Program-made: the position numbers and the translations under genes
The notes under the pieces: model-generated
Databases searched by the model: none
Told to the model about the DNA's origin: nothing
Seen by the model: only the letters and a program-made list of their open reading frames with translations
Shown here: one piece after another, positions 25,640-38,284 of the stretch
Numbering within the stretch: position 1 is the stretch's first letter
Layout: every line of letters starts with the position of its first letter
DNA from: Felis catus
Taxonomy: Eukaryota
DNA: 64,000 nt
Assembly (NCBI RefSeq): GCF_018350175.1
Contig: NC_058368.1
Span: 216,258,001 to 216,322,000, forward strand
Direction of reading: 5' to 3'

Positions 25640-28600
25640 GTACACCTGAAAATAATATAAGACTATGTTTATTATACAGCAATCTAAAAATGTTTTTTTT
25701 AAAGAAGCTCTGTATGTTGATTTCATGACACACTATGTACAACTTGATCTTTTCAAATTTCTTACACTTTAAGCTTAATGTTAACATTGTTTCTAACTCC
25801 ATTTTATAATTTTCTTTTTGCATGCTACAGAAATAGAATTAGCATCTTGAAAACTATGACTTCAACATGAATATGAATGAGAATATAAATAGGATTTTTT
25901 CATAGGAAAGCCGTTGATACAACAAATACTATATATAGGAAATAAAGTGTACATATGTGCAGAAGAATTAAATTTATGTGCTTTTTCAGCTAAATAACAA
26001 GATAATGTGACATCATACACGTTACTACTAACACATCAAGATTTCCACAATTGAATACATAAGTCATGATTAAATAAGCAGTCTGCATCAAACTTCTTAA
26101 TGCCAACATCTGTACAATGTTAAAAAACTTTAGATGTGAATTTTTGAAGGTAGGTGTAGCCTGGCTGAAAGAAATGTGTTATAAAATAAAATAACTGTTA
26201 CATTTACTTGTTCTTGACCTTGCTCAGAATAGTGGATTATTTTCTTCTGGAATGATGACACATGTTCTGTGTTGTTTCCTGTTGCTTGCTTCATTTGTTA
26301 TTGTCATGCTATCAATAAAGTACAGAATGGGTCAAAAATTAGAAAAGGGAAAAATTTTTAAATATTAGCATCTAAACATATTTTGGTCTTGATAATCTCT
26401 CTGGAGAATTTATCTTGGCTCTTGACATGTATTCTGCACAAAAAATGACAATACTATTTTAATACTGTCCACAGAGATTTTCCCTTATTTTAGAAATTAT
26501 TTGATCCTTATATTTTAAGCATATACTTTAAAAAACATATTCAATTATTTCAGGGATCTTTAGTAGGTTCCCAGGTTAAAGATACAAATACTGCATTCTT
26601 TGGTGTGTGAACATTTTTTAATGAACTATTTTCTTTGTAGCAAATATTTAGCATTTTTGTTTGCAGCATATTGCTTTTTTTTTTTTCTGTTAAATATAGT
26701 TGAGACTCTGGAAACACTGGAAGAAAAACACAAATCACTTGCTTTAGCAAACTGTGTAAATAATGCAATTTTAACAAGTCATTGTCTTTCTTCAAGTACT
26801 AATTTTCAGTTCAGTACATCCCATTTAAACTATTTCTTGTATGCTCTACCAGCAATGAGTAAAAAATTAATAAATAAAGCATATCATGTGTGTTTTGTCT
26901 CAATCTCATGATAAAAAATAACAGACATTTCAACTTGGTTAGATGGACAAGTTGCATCATTTCTATCTGGAAATATTTTCCAGATGTTTCCAAATATTTC
27001 CAAATATTTAAGACACCTGTTTGTTCAATATGAGTCCAACATAGATATCTTCACACGCACAGAAATATAAATATAATTATGTCATAAGAATTTCATACCA
27101 TAAAACATTAGAATGACCATTAATCTTCTTTTAAATTTTGCAAATAAAATCGTATAAATGAGAAACATTTGAGTGACGTTGGCACCCGTACCACGGAAGT
27201 AGAAAGTGGAAGGATAGAAGACATAGGGCAACCTGGAACATGAGCTTGAGAAATTAGCCTCAATTTCTCTATCTGAAAATAGACATTCTGTGATCGTTGG
27301 GAGGTTTATAGTAGTGCAAACTATTAAATGTGATTTAAATTACTTTCCATTTAAAACACATTAAAATTTATTTCAAAATTCATGGAATAATTCTGTCAAA
27401 ATGATTTGACAGAATCAAATCAAAACACCAAAACACTCAAATTTTCCTCCTGAAATTAGAATATTTTCTACTGTAAAGAAAGAACATCAGACATTTTGAG
27501 AGTCTGTAAATCCTCCTTCAAAGAGTAGTATTTCCATATTTAAAGAACATCATGTCTCTAATTGGTTTTACTCTGGCTCGGGCCTAATTCATTCAGAATA
27601 GTATTTTAGTTGTGCTCAAATATTTTTAAAAACTCCTGAATATCTCCAGCATCAGTTCCCTCACAAAATTACTTTGCTTAAATTTAATAAAAATACTTTC
27701 CCCCATACCCTGGCCTGGATAGATGATTTTGCTGCATTTTAACGGCTTCTGTTTTATAGTTATGGGCTCTAATTGTCTGGCTACCTTACCTGCATCAAAC
27801 AATTTATTTATAACGTGCGTATCTTCTTTGGCAGGGATTTTGTAGAATGCTAAAGCCTCATCTGGGTGCCACAGATCTGCTTAATTCATTCTGATTTCAC
27901 TTGAGACATTAGTTATCATAATTGAATTAATTAACCCTATGATTTCAAGTATTTGGTCTGACATTTTACCTGACTTGTTGAAGAATATAGCTTTTTTCCC
28001 CCCCCCCGCTATGATCTGGAATCCTTCTTCTCAACCTGTTCCCATAGTTGATTGCTACCTAATATCAATGCTCGTTTTTGCTACTTTCCTGCAACTATTT
28101 GGGCTTTTTTTTTGGTAATGTCTAATGTCAAATCACTAGAAATCTTGATCTTCAGATTCAGATCACCTCTTTTTTCTAAGAATCCACATAATGTGACTCT
28201 TTCCTGACAACTTACTGCCTAAGATTCCTTGCTTAAGTATATTACAAATGTCTTGTTATGTTTCAGATTTTCAACAAATATCTTGCTCAGGCAGGTATTT
28301 TTTTGTTTGTAAATCTCAGATCTTCCAAGTTCGACTTAATTCTTATTAATAAATAAACTTATTCTTAAGTATCATCTTATGGCAACTTTGACTAATGTGG
28401 AACTATCACTAAAAGAACTGGCCATATTTAATAAGCCCAATTATAAGCCATCAATGATAACACTGGAACATGTAAGTGCACAACTGTCTATGGGTTAGGA
28501 CATCAAAAGCCTACTTCATTCCATACTCACTTTTCCATCTATGAATTTATGCTAACTATTCTTACATTTTTACAAATATTTCCTTTACTGTGAGTTTTAT

Positions 28601-29682
28601 AGTATGTGTATATGTTTCCCCACGACTTCATTCATTAATCATTTCTCTGTGTAATGTTTTAATGAGACTTCATTAGTAGCAATAAAAATTTTGTTCCAGA
28701 AATTATTGATATAGAGACAGAAGCATATTTTATATCTTATCTTCAAATGTGATTCGTAACTACCAAAAATGTGGCCCTCCGATTTTTTATGTCATTATAA
28801 AATGTCAAGGAAATAATTAATGTGGAAAAAATACATAAGCTGTACCTGTATAGCTATCTATCTTTCTATATCTATATATGCATGCATATGTATTGATAAT
28901 AGATATATAGGTACATATAAGCTCATTTCTAACTTCCACAAAAGAAGATCCTGAGTATAGCTGGTATTTAGTAAGTTTTCTCACTTAACTGCCATAATGT
29001 TTGTCAAACTCTTCATTTCAGTGTCCAGCTTGAGAATTCCATCTGGGATTCAACCTGCTTTTCAGAAATCCTCTGAAACGTAGAGCTGCTATTTATTTGA
29101 GATTTGCTAATGTCTTCACGGAGTCAATCCAAAAAAAAAAAAAAATGCTGTGTTTGTGATTTTTGAATCAGAAAAGCTTTTGGCACTGAAAAATGAAGAA
29201 GAAATCCGCGCACACTGGCAGGCGGCTAACAGAACTGAACTATTAACACTACATCATTTTGAGCCAAACTTACTTTCCTAAGATTTGATCTCTTTCCTGA
29301 AATGATGTGGTTTGTCAAAAAATATATACAGGTGCATTTTTAAAGAATGAAAGTAAATGTGAATTTCTTTTTTTCGAAAATCACCACACTACTTTGAAAT
29401 TCCTTAATGTATAAAAGTAGCACACGGTTTTGCTCGATAGAGTTAGCTTGACTGTTGTAATCTTTTGATTTCTACATCAAAATCCTGATACTACTAAAAG
29501 TATTCCTATTTAATATTTATGTATTTATTTTGCACCTGGGATGTTCTATTTTGTACACTAAATAAAAAGCAACATGAAGTTGTATAGTTACTATAGGCAG
29601 ACACATGCCGATTTTATCAGTAAAAAAAAAAAAAAAACTGTTCACTTTAAAAATAATCTGAAGTAACTTCTTTACTACACAG

Positions 29683-29684
<2 letters not shown>

Positions 29685-29724
<40 letters not shown>
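29685..29724. repeat. (GT)20 microsatellite
   Basis: Read directly from the sequence. Confidence 0.97.
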
Positions 29725-29727
<3 letters not shown>

Positions 29728-31451
29728 GGTAGCTTTAAATGGCATTTTATCACAACTTTGATACCATTTTAAGTGCTCTATATTCTGACTAGTCACAGGA
29801 CAGCAGCCAAGTGGAAATGACAGTGAGTGACAATTACAGAAGAAATAAAATGGCTTCTAGAAGTGCACTGAGACCTGTGGACCTCAATCAACTGAACTAC
29901 GAATCCATTAAATGAGTTAATTTTGTGTATCCAACTGTGAGATATATTTACCACTATGCCGACAAGAGCTGTAGATAATGAATGTAGTTGTGATACAATC
30001 CACAACTAGTAAGTGTGTTCTCTGTGTGGATAAGAGTTTAGCTCTGTTTATCAGCAAATACTGATAAAGTTTGGTAAAGCTCAAAAGAAAGTAATGGCTA
30101 ACTAAAGTAAATGACTAATACCACTTGTTTCCAAAGAAGGAAAATTTCAAATTAAAAAAAAAAGTGTTAATCACCACTATCAACACTAATCACTAGTATC
30201 AAAGAGATAATGTTGAATCATTTTAAATTAATATCTATTAAAATTGGCAAGGTCCCAAAAGAAGGGATGACTATTAACTTTGAAACAGGCTTGCCCAAAT
30301 TCCACGTCTTGGAGATGTGGATATGTTAGAAAAGTATATTTCCCTAAAAGGGAGATAACATATGCTGTAATCTGTACTTAAAGCTTCCAGTTGATTATTT
30401 TTTCTTGAAACATCACATATAAAAGGAATTTACCTATGGTGGAGCACTGTACTTTTGACAGCTTAAAAGTTTATAACAGAAAAAAAAATTTAAATTCACT
30501 CACTCATTTATCCATTGGGAAGTATTAATTGACAAATCACTGTGTACGAGGGATTTGTAGGGGAGTCATGATGAAAGAATCCATGTGAATACGTAATATG
30601 ATTTTTCAAATGTGCTATTTAAAATGACAATGAAAGTTCATTCATTCAACAGAATAAAAATTATGCAGAGAAAATTTAAATATTGAGTGTTTTTGTGTAA
30701 GTATGCAAAATTCAAGTGCAAATAATACAGATAGATGAAAACTGTGCTTAGTTTTCATCAGTATTTTTTATCAATAATTTTATATGATGAATGAGTCTCA
30801 TTTGGGGTTAATTCATTTGACTATTTTTCCAAAATACCTGGTCTAGAATTTGAGCAATTATCATCAATTTTTACCTCAAAACCTGTAAATATATAATTTT
30901 CTTTAATTTACTCTGGCATTGTAATCGCTGACTGGGAAGTAAAATAAACAGACTGCAGCTAATGCATGCATCTTCTATGCAGGAAAGAAGCCTATGATGA
31001 TTAATTGTTTTAAAAACCTTACAATAAAATGAGCTGTAACTAAAAAGACGAGGAAAAATTGATCAGCATAAAGTTTAGGGAAAATCCAAAATAGACATCC
31101 ATTATAATCCCTTTATTTCCTTAATTGGAAGACAAATGAGAAGATGTGAAAACTACAGTATAAATATGTAGTTAATTACACATAGTGATTAACTTGAAAC
31201 CACAAAAGAAAAAAATATAAAGAGATCATTAAATAAGTATATGACACGTGCTTTCAAATAACTTGTTTAAATTATCTACCTGCATTTGCTATATGTTTAT
31301 AAAAATTTATGCTATATATTATATAGAATATAATATATAGCATATATAGTATAATATACATGTATCATCTACATATATACACATACGAACACATGATATA
31401 TGTATGTGTTACATAATAATAATTTATGTTATGGTTATTTTATTTGCTGAA

Positions 31452-31669
31452 ATTAAAAAAAATTAAAGATTATTTATCATTTTCAAAGAGAGAGAATGAA
31501 CAGGGGAGGGGCAGAGAGAGAGAGAGACAGAGAGAGAGAGAGAATCCCAAGCAGGCTTCACACTGTCAGTATAGAGCCCTATGCAGGCTAGAACCCAGGA
31601 ACCATGAGATCATGACCTGAGCCAAAATCAAGCATCAGACACTGAACCAACTGAGAAACCCAGGTGCCC
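31452..31669 (-). mobile_element. CanSINE (SINEC_b-like)
   Basis: TSD tatttgctgaa at 31441-31451 and 31670-31680. Confidence 0.92.
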
Positions 31670-32004
31670 TATTTGCTGAAGTTTTTAAAAATATGTTTTC
31701 TCTACTGTCTTATATGTCTTCGCAGAGTGTGTGTGATTGTTTGAAAAGAGTAAATACATGTTTACCAAATATTTATATATTCTATCATATATTCATATTC
31801 ATATAATATTTTTAAACACTGTACTAAGGAGATAATAGATACAGAGTTTTATACTTTTATAGGTGATACTAGGAACAGAAGGCTAAAAAAATTAAGAGGT
31901 TCATATACAACAGTGTTTGACCTGTACTTAAATTTCAAATAAAAACATGATGTAAATATTGCTTTGGAAATAAAAATATGAATGGAATTCAAAGACAGGA
32001 AAAG

Positions 32005-32290
32005 CTAAGTTTATTAAGTACCTATTATGGCGAGAAAATATTGCATTAGTACTTTTAAAAATATGTTTTAGGGAGGCTATTATTATTTTCTTCATCATGA
32101 AGTGAAAGAAATCTGAGCCTTGGAGAATTTCAATGACTTCTTGAATTTGATACAGTTAGTGGCTGATACAACCAGAGAGAAAAGGACACGAATGAATTCT
32201 AGTTTAGCAAACCAGTATCTGTCTTTAGCAGGATTGTTGTCCAAACTTTATGTCTTCTATCAGAGTCCTGTGTGTTTTCTCCACTCCATT
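32005..32290 (-). mobile_element. MIR
   Basis: tttattaagtacctattatg...aagaaatctgagccttggagaatttcaatgacttc...atacagttagtgg. Confidence 0.7.
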
Positions 32291-33861
32291 TCTACTATCC
32301 AGTGAAATGCACTAGGAAGCAGAGCGATTGCAAAACAAAAATACAAAGATAGTTGGAATCCTGAACCTGTCAGCACCCATGCCCTCACACTCTTTGAACA
32401 AGCAGGCTTGTTGATAGTGGCAATACCCCTTGGAGCTCTAGTCTCATATCCTATAATGGAAATATGACCCAGAAAGCATCCAACAAATAGTCCTATTTAC
32501 AAAAAGCTTGCTTTGTCTCCATTATACATGACCAGTTATTTCTGTTCCAGTGCCAAGGATAAGTTATATTCATTACAAACTAATCACAGAAGATCAACCT
32601 AACCTATATTACGATAAATGTCTACCTTTAATCTTTGATTCTAATTCAAAAATAGATTCTCCCCCTGATGTTATGGTAATCATTTTAAAAGTCATTGTTT
32701 TTAATCCTTACATAGGGTGTTGTCTTTATAATTAAAATTTGTGTGCGTCATTGTGGCATGTACATTTGCCTTTTATATATACAATTTAGGAATGGATGGA
32801 ACTGAGCATATTTCTATGATTTAGTACATTTCCAGTGTACTTTATTGATCATTTAACTTGTTCATTTAATATAAACAAGACTTTTGTACTAAATGTGGTC
32901 CACAAATGCTTATGTGTAAACAATGAATAATGGTAAACCACATAAAATGTTGTGATAAATAATACAAATAAAAACAATTTTATTTCAAGTAGTACTGAAA
33001 TCATAACTATCTTTTGTCATTATGTACTTTCCCAAAAACTGAATATAGATAGGACTACATAGTAAAGGATTTCATACTGAGAGGGGATCCTTTTTTTAGA
33101 TGAGGTTAAGCATCTTTGATATAGCGCTTTCCTCTCACAGTACCAAGTTACTAAGGAATAAAAAGGTTTGATTAAATAAAGCTTGATTAAAGAATGCGTT
33201 TATTTCATCCCAGAATTGTACACCCTAAGGAAAGACCCCAGTTGCCCTATGAAACTCTGACATTCATACCCATGAGTACATCATCCATCTAATTAGATAA
33301 TGCTGGAAAAATAGACATTAGCACTGTCAACCAACATCTAACATATTTTCTAGTCCACGAGGAATATATTTACATATACTGTTGAATGATATATCTCTCC
33401 TTGATTTTAGTAGACCTTCATATTTTGCCACAATTCTATAATGCTTTGCTGGATTATATTTTAGGTTTACTGCTTCTCCATAATCCATAATGATACCGGT
33501 CAATCTCATCAAATTTCAAAGCCACATAGATGGCATCTGTGAAGGCACACTATAAGTAAATAATCTGGATTAAGATGCTTTCATGTTTATGTTTCAGGGC
33601 AGAGCAACACATTTCTGTCCTTATTTCTAGGGTTTACATTAGTTTAAGCACTGTTTTCAAGTATTTAAATTCTGCAATAATTTATGTGTTGCCAACTTGT
33701 CCCAAGGAGGGAAGTTTTTGCATAGGAGATTTTTAACTTGTATTTATATGTATTGTATTTATTTTTCAGGAAAGCAAATTATCCTGTGAATAGAATATTT
33801 TAGAGTTTATTCATAGTTTGTAGAAAGGGAAAAGTAAGAGTAATATAGGATAAATATTTAT

Positions 33862-34358
33862 TTATTTATTTATTATTATATTTTTTTAATTTATTTTGAG
33901 AGACAGAGAGAGTAAACACACACATGCAAGTGGGGGAGGGGCAGAGAGAGAGGGAGAGAGAGAGAATCCCAAGCAGGCTCTGCATTGTCAACGTGGAGCC
34001 TGACTCAGGGCTCAGTCTCCTGGGACTTGATCTCATGGGGTTTGATCTCACAAACTGTGAGATCATGACCTGAACAGAAATCAGGAGGGGGCGCCTGGGT
34101 GGCGCAGTCGGTTAAGCGTCCGACTTCAGCCAGGTCACGATCTCGCGTTCAGGGAGTTCGAGCCCCGCGTCGGGCTCTGGGCTGATGGCTCAGAGCCTGG
34201 AGCCTGCTTCCGATTCTGTGTCTCCCTCTCTCTCTGCCCCTCCCCCATTCATGCTCTGTCTCTCTCTGTCCCAAAAATAAATAAACGTTGAAAACAAAAT
34301 TAAAAAAAAAAAGAAATCAGGAGTCAGACCCTTAACCAATTGAGCCACTCAGGTGCCC
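33862..34358 (-). mobile_element. Older CanSINE (host), split by a nested SINE
   Basis: Antisense body 33862-34087 resumes at 34324 as tcagacccttaaccaattgagccactcaggtgccc. Confidence 0.92.
34088..34311 (+). mobile_element. Young SINEC_Fc nested in an opposite-strand SINE
   Basis: Near-consensus sequence. TSD agaaatcaggag at 34076-34087 and 34312-34323. Confidence 0.97.
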
Positions 34359-35024
34359 TAGGTTAAACTTTTAAAACTTTGATTATATTTTGCTTTCATG
34401 TGTATAATAAATTGCAGAGAATTTACTGGCCAATAAAAAACTTAGCAAAGCACTGATGCCCATAATTTAATAAACTTTCTAATTAAGGATGACTCATTTA
34501 GTTAAAAGGAATATATTCCACAAATATATGCATTAGTCAGTGAAAAGTAAATTGATAGAATACTATTCTTTCTTCTGCTATAGCAACATTGGGGCAGGGT
34601 CAAGCAGGGATCCTCAGCCTTTAGCTCAAATCAAGAATCAGCATTTGCCATCAGGAAAAGCACAGATCTTCATTGGTAGCTCATCTCACAGAGGTTAAGA
34701 AATAAAAATAAAAATAAATAAAGACATATATATTTTTTTAAATATGGGACATATTTTTATTTTTTTTAATATGGGACATATTAGACCCATAGACAGGTTT
34801 AGTGAAATTAAAGTCAAGGCAAGTTGGAAAATATACATAGTGAAACCAAGGAACCAAAATAAAGAAAAATGTATATATAAAGAGTGAACAACATGTGGAA
34901 CAAAGCAAAAAGTTTCACTGTGTGTAATTTAAGTTCAAGATGAAGAAGAGAGAGAAAATGAGGCAGAAGCAATATATCATTAATCAAGAGCTGATAAAAC
35001 ACTAATTCAAAGATTCAAGAAATT

Positions 35025-35244
35025 CTTTTTTTTTTATATTTTTCTTTATTTTTGAAGGAGAGAGAGACAGAGTGCGAGCAGGGGAGGGACAGAGAGAGAG
35101 GGAGACACAGAATCTGAAGCAGGCTCCAGGCACAGCTCAGCAGGCTCAGCACAGAGACCGATGCGGGACTCAAACCCAGGAACCATGAGATCATGACCTG
35201 AGCCCAAGTCTGAGGCTCAACCGACTGAGCCACCCAGTCGCCCC
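35025..35244 (-). mobile_element. CanSINE
   Basis: TSD aa(a/g)gat(t/g)caagaaatt at 35009-35024 and 35245-35260. Confidence 0.93.
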
Positions 35245-36477
35245 AAGGATGCAAGAAATTTTTAAAGGACCTGACAGGATAGATACATAGCACACCCCAC
35301 CTGAATGCATCATAATAGAACAAATGAAAACCTGAATCAGGAAGAAGCTTTGTCTAAAGTGGTCAGAGGCAAAAAAAAAAAAAAAAAAAGACACATTATA
35401 TTATTTTCAAAAGAATAACAGTAAGCCTGAAAACTGGCTTCTGAATAGAAAAGATGAAAAGTAGAAGAGAATGAAAAGACATTTTTAATAAACCAAAATT
35501 AAAATCAATAAGAAATTATATTCCCAAAGCCTCACCCCAAAATCCTTGCAAAATAAAACATTCTTCAAATGAATAAGAAATGAGTATTATTTTTCACTGT
35601 ACCCCCCAAAATGTTAATCATCCTTTTAGCAGAAAAAATCATCTGAAAGAGAAATAGGAAAATATAGCATGAAATAAACCACAACACAGGATATGAATAT
35701 ACAGATCAATAAAAAAATGAATATTGACTGTAAAAAAGATAAAATAATGCAGAATTAAAATTCATGAGAACAATAATAGCAAAGGCAACAATGAGGCAAA
35801 TATAATTCAAGTGAACATAGGCTCTAGCATTATGCAACATAACATAAAATATAATTATTTTAGTTAAAATATAATCCATTTTTTGCTTTGTAATCTCCAG
35901 ACATCCCTCCAAAACATTATTTAAAAAATAAGAAATTACAAGTTAATATACAGAAAACAAAATAATAGTGAAGACTTGAATTTAAAGGGACAAAAGAATA
36001 TTCAACAACAACAAAAAAAATGACAGGTCAATTACTAAACAAATAGTTTTATGGCCAATATGAACTAAATTATGTAAGTGATTACACAAAATGTAAATGA
36101 ATGCATATTCAAGTAAAAGGCTGAAATGACCAGAGTAGGTAAAACGACAAAACCCATGGATTTGACATACACAGGAAACATACATAAGGAATGTTGGACA
36201 TAAATAAATGGAAAAAGCTGTACTTTTCAAATTCTAACAATAACAGCAACAACAAACTGGTAAAAATGTGCTTGTATTTAATATAGTAGACTTTAATGTT
36301 TTTAAAAGTATCGTACCATGTGAACAGAGAATGTAATTAAATTCAGCAGAAATGTTTCACAGTTCTAAATATGTATACACACAATAACATACCTTCAAAC
36401 ACTTAACTGACAGACTTAAAGTAGATATAGAGAAATCCACAGTCACAAGAAATACTCTTTAAAATAACATATGGGTT

Positions 36478-36669
36478 GGGGTGCCTGGGTGGCTCAGTTG
36501 GTTAAGCATCTGACTTAGGCTGCTCATGATCTCATGGTTCATGAATTCAAGTCCCAAGTCAGGCTCTCAGGTTTTGGATTCTGTGTCTCCCTCCCTCTCT
36601 GCCCCTCCCCTGCTCATGCTCACTCTCTCTCTCTCTGAAAAAATAAGTAAACAGTAAAAAAATTAAAAA
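36478..36669 (+). mobile_element. CanSINE with internal deletion
   Basis: TSD aaaataaca(t/c)atggg on both sides. Confidence 0.92.
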
Positions 36670-36810
36670 AAAATAACACATGGGCCAAAGCATAAATCAC
36701 AATGGAAACTAAAAAAATTCTTTTACATAAATGACAACAAAGGTAGTATATTATATTAATATTTGTCAAATGTCCCTAAAGCAGTATTTAAAAGTTTTTC
36801 GATTTAAGGG

Positions 36811-37128
36811 TATATATTTATTTTTGGACTGCCATAATAAAATAGCAAAAACTTGTGGTTTAAACAACAGGAATTTACTCCTCACATTTCTGGAGGCTGA
36901 GAAGTATACAATCAAGGTATTGGCTAATTGGTTCCCTGATGAGGGATTTCTTCTTGATTTCTAGATAGTTACCTTTTTGCTGTTTCCTCACAGAGTAGAA
37001 AAAGAGGAAGGAAGCTCTTATAAGGGAACAAATCCCATCATGAGGGCCCCACCTTCATGGCCTTATCTAACCTTAATTTCCTCCCAAGGACTCCACCTCC
37101 AAATACCATCACACTGGGTCTAGGGCTT
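36811..37128 (-). mobile_element. MLT1A-like MaLR LTR, truncated by the ERV LTR at 37129
   Basis: ctgccataataaaata...aaacaacaggaattta...ctggaggctgagaag...cccatcatgagggccccacc...ccaaataccatcacactggg. Confidence 0.88.
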
Positions 37129-37562
37129 TGTTGGACATGGTCACCCAGAGGACATGACTGCTGGTTACCCAGAGTGCTAGACCTGGCCGGTCAGAAGCTC
37201 CTGACCTTCTTCCTTGTGCTAGGAATGTATTTTCCTTCCATTATGCCTGAAGTAGGTATTTCTTCAAGGATGCAGTCTTGAAAAAAATAACGAGTTATTG
37301 GGATCATCTGCATATGTTGTATATGTGACTGAATCCTGCTAGGACCACTCTATAAACTCTTAAGGTTCTGGTGAACAAGTGTGGAGATCTAGAGGTCTCG
37401 CAGTGCCCAAGGCAAATCTCACGTATAAGTCCCCTTGCTTATTAAAATCACCACTTACCAATCTGGAGTGGTCAGCCCCTTTCTTCTGTCTTTCTCTGCC
37501 CTCTGTATACAAGGGCCAGTTTCAAATTTCATCCTAAGAACTCTTGAGGTTTTTCAACCACA
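37129..37562 (+). mobile_element. ERV 5' LTR (family not assigned)
   Basis: TGTTGG...CCACA termini, TATAAA at 37351, ATTAAA at 37441, followed by a PBS-like sequence. Confidence 0.78.
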
Positions 37563-38200
37563 AACTGGTAAAGGAGCCAGAAGACTAAAGAAATGGGTTT
37601 TGAGAAAGAGACATCCATGGGGGAAATCTCGAGTTGGCCATCGAACTGTCTGCAGAGTGAGGTGGTCCATATATCTGCTGCTTGTGGATCAGCATATGGT
37701 ATGGAGATACTTCCCAAATGCTGGTGGTTTTTCGAGGAACTGCACAGAGCACACTGTGGCAGGAAAAGGAAACACATGGCTATTATGCGGGCAGTTTGTT
37801 GGCCACCAATGCTCAACTAGAGGCTGAGCTGACACAGGAGTTCGAAAGTTGGAAGAAGAACTGAGGTTGGAGGATGGTTTGTAGTGCCCATTACTTTGCT
37901 GGCTTTGGGGCTAGCAGACAGGTGGGAGAGCAGGCTAGTAAAGCTGGAGACCTTAGCGTGCTGTGTTGCAGAGCTAGGAGGGCACAGATGCCATGGAGTA
38001 AGGTCCCAGTACTTTTGACTGAGCTTGACTGGGATGCTAAGCAGTGGAATCTCTGGAAAACTTAGGAAGATAAAGAAGGAGGATGTTATAATGATAGGGC
38101 AATGGACAGAGTTCTGTGCCATCCGTCACCCTCAAGGCACAGGTGAAGAGCAATCACAGCTGGGGAAGAAAGCAGGGAAAATAAAATCTCCTTTCCCTTG
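37563..38200 (+). mobile_element. ERV internal 5' region: degenerate tRNA-Arg-type PBS and possible decayed gag-like sequence
   Basis: TGGTAAAGGAGCCAGAAG (37566-37583) matches 12/18 to TGGCGAGCCAGCCAGGAG. A G-rich segment with broken ORFs starts at ATG 37593. Confidence 0.6.
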
Positions 38201-38284
38201 GGAGAGAAACAGTCCCAAAGCTAAATCCACAGATTCAAGCTTTTTGTAAAGGCACCATTACATTTCAAGGTACATATTTCTGCA

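Larger units (their letters stand above)
34785..36800 (+). mobile_element. Old L1M fragment (decayed ORF1 and ORF2 endonuclease region), interrupted by two SINEs
   Basis: ORF1-like gagagaaaatgaggcagaagcaatat and ataacagtaagcctgaaaactggcttct. EN-like aaatgtaaatgaatgcatattcaagtaaaagg...caggaaacatac. Confidence 0.7.

Noticed and set aside
25320..25823. 167-aa Lys/Arg/Glu ORF and Phe/Ser/Leu ORFs
   Set aside because: Translations of (TTTTC)n.
37435..38249. Cluster of overlapping ORFs
   Set aside because: Higher-GC decayed ERV sequence with no continuous frame.
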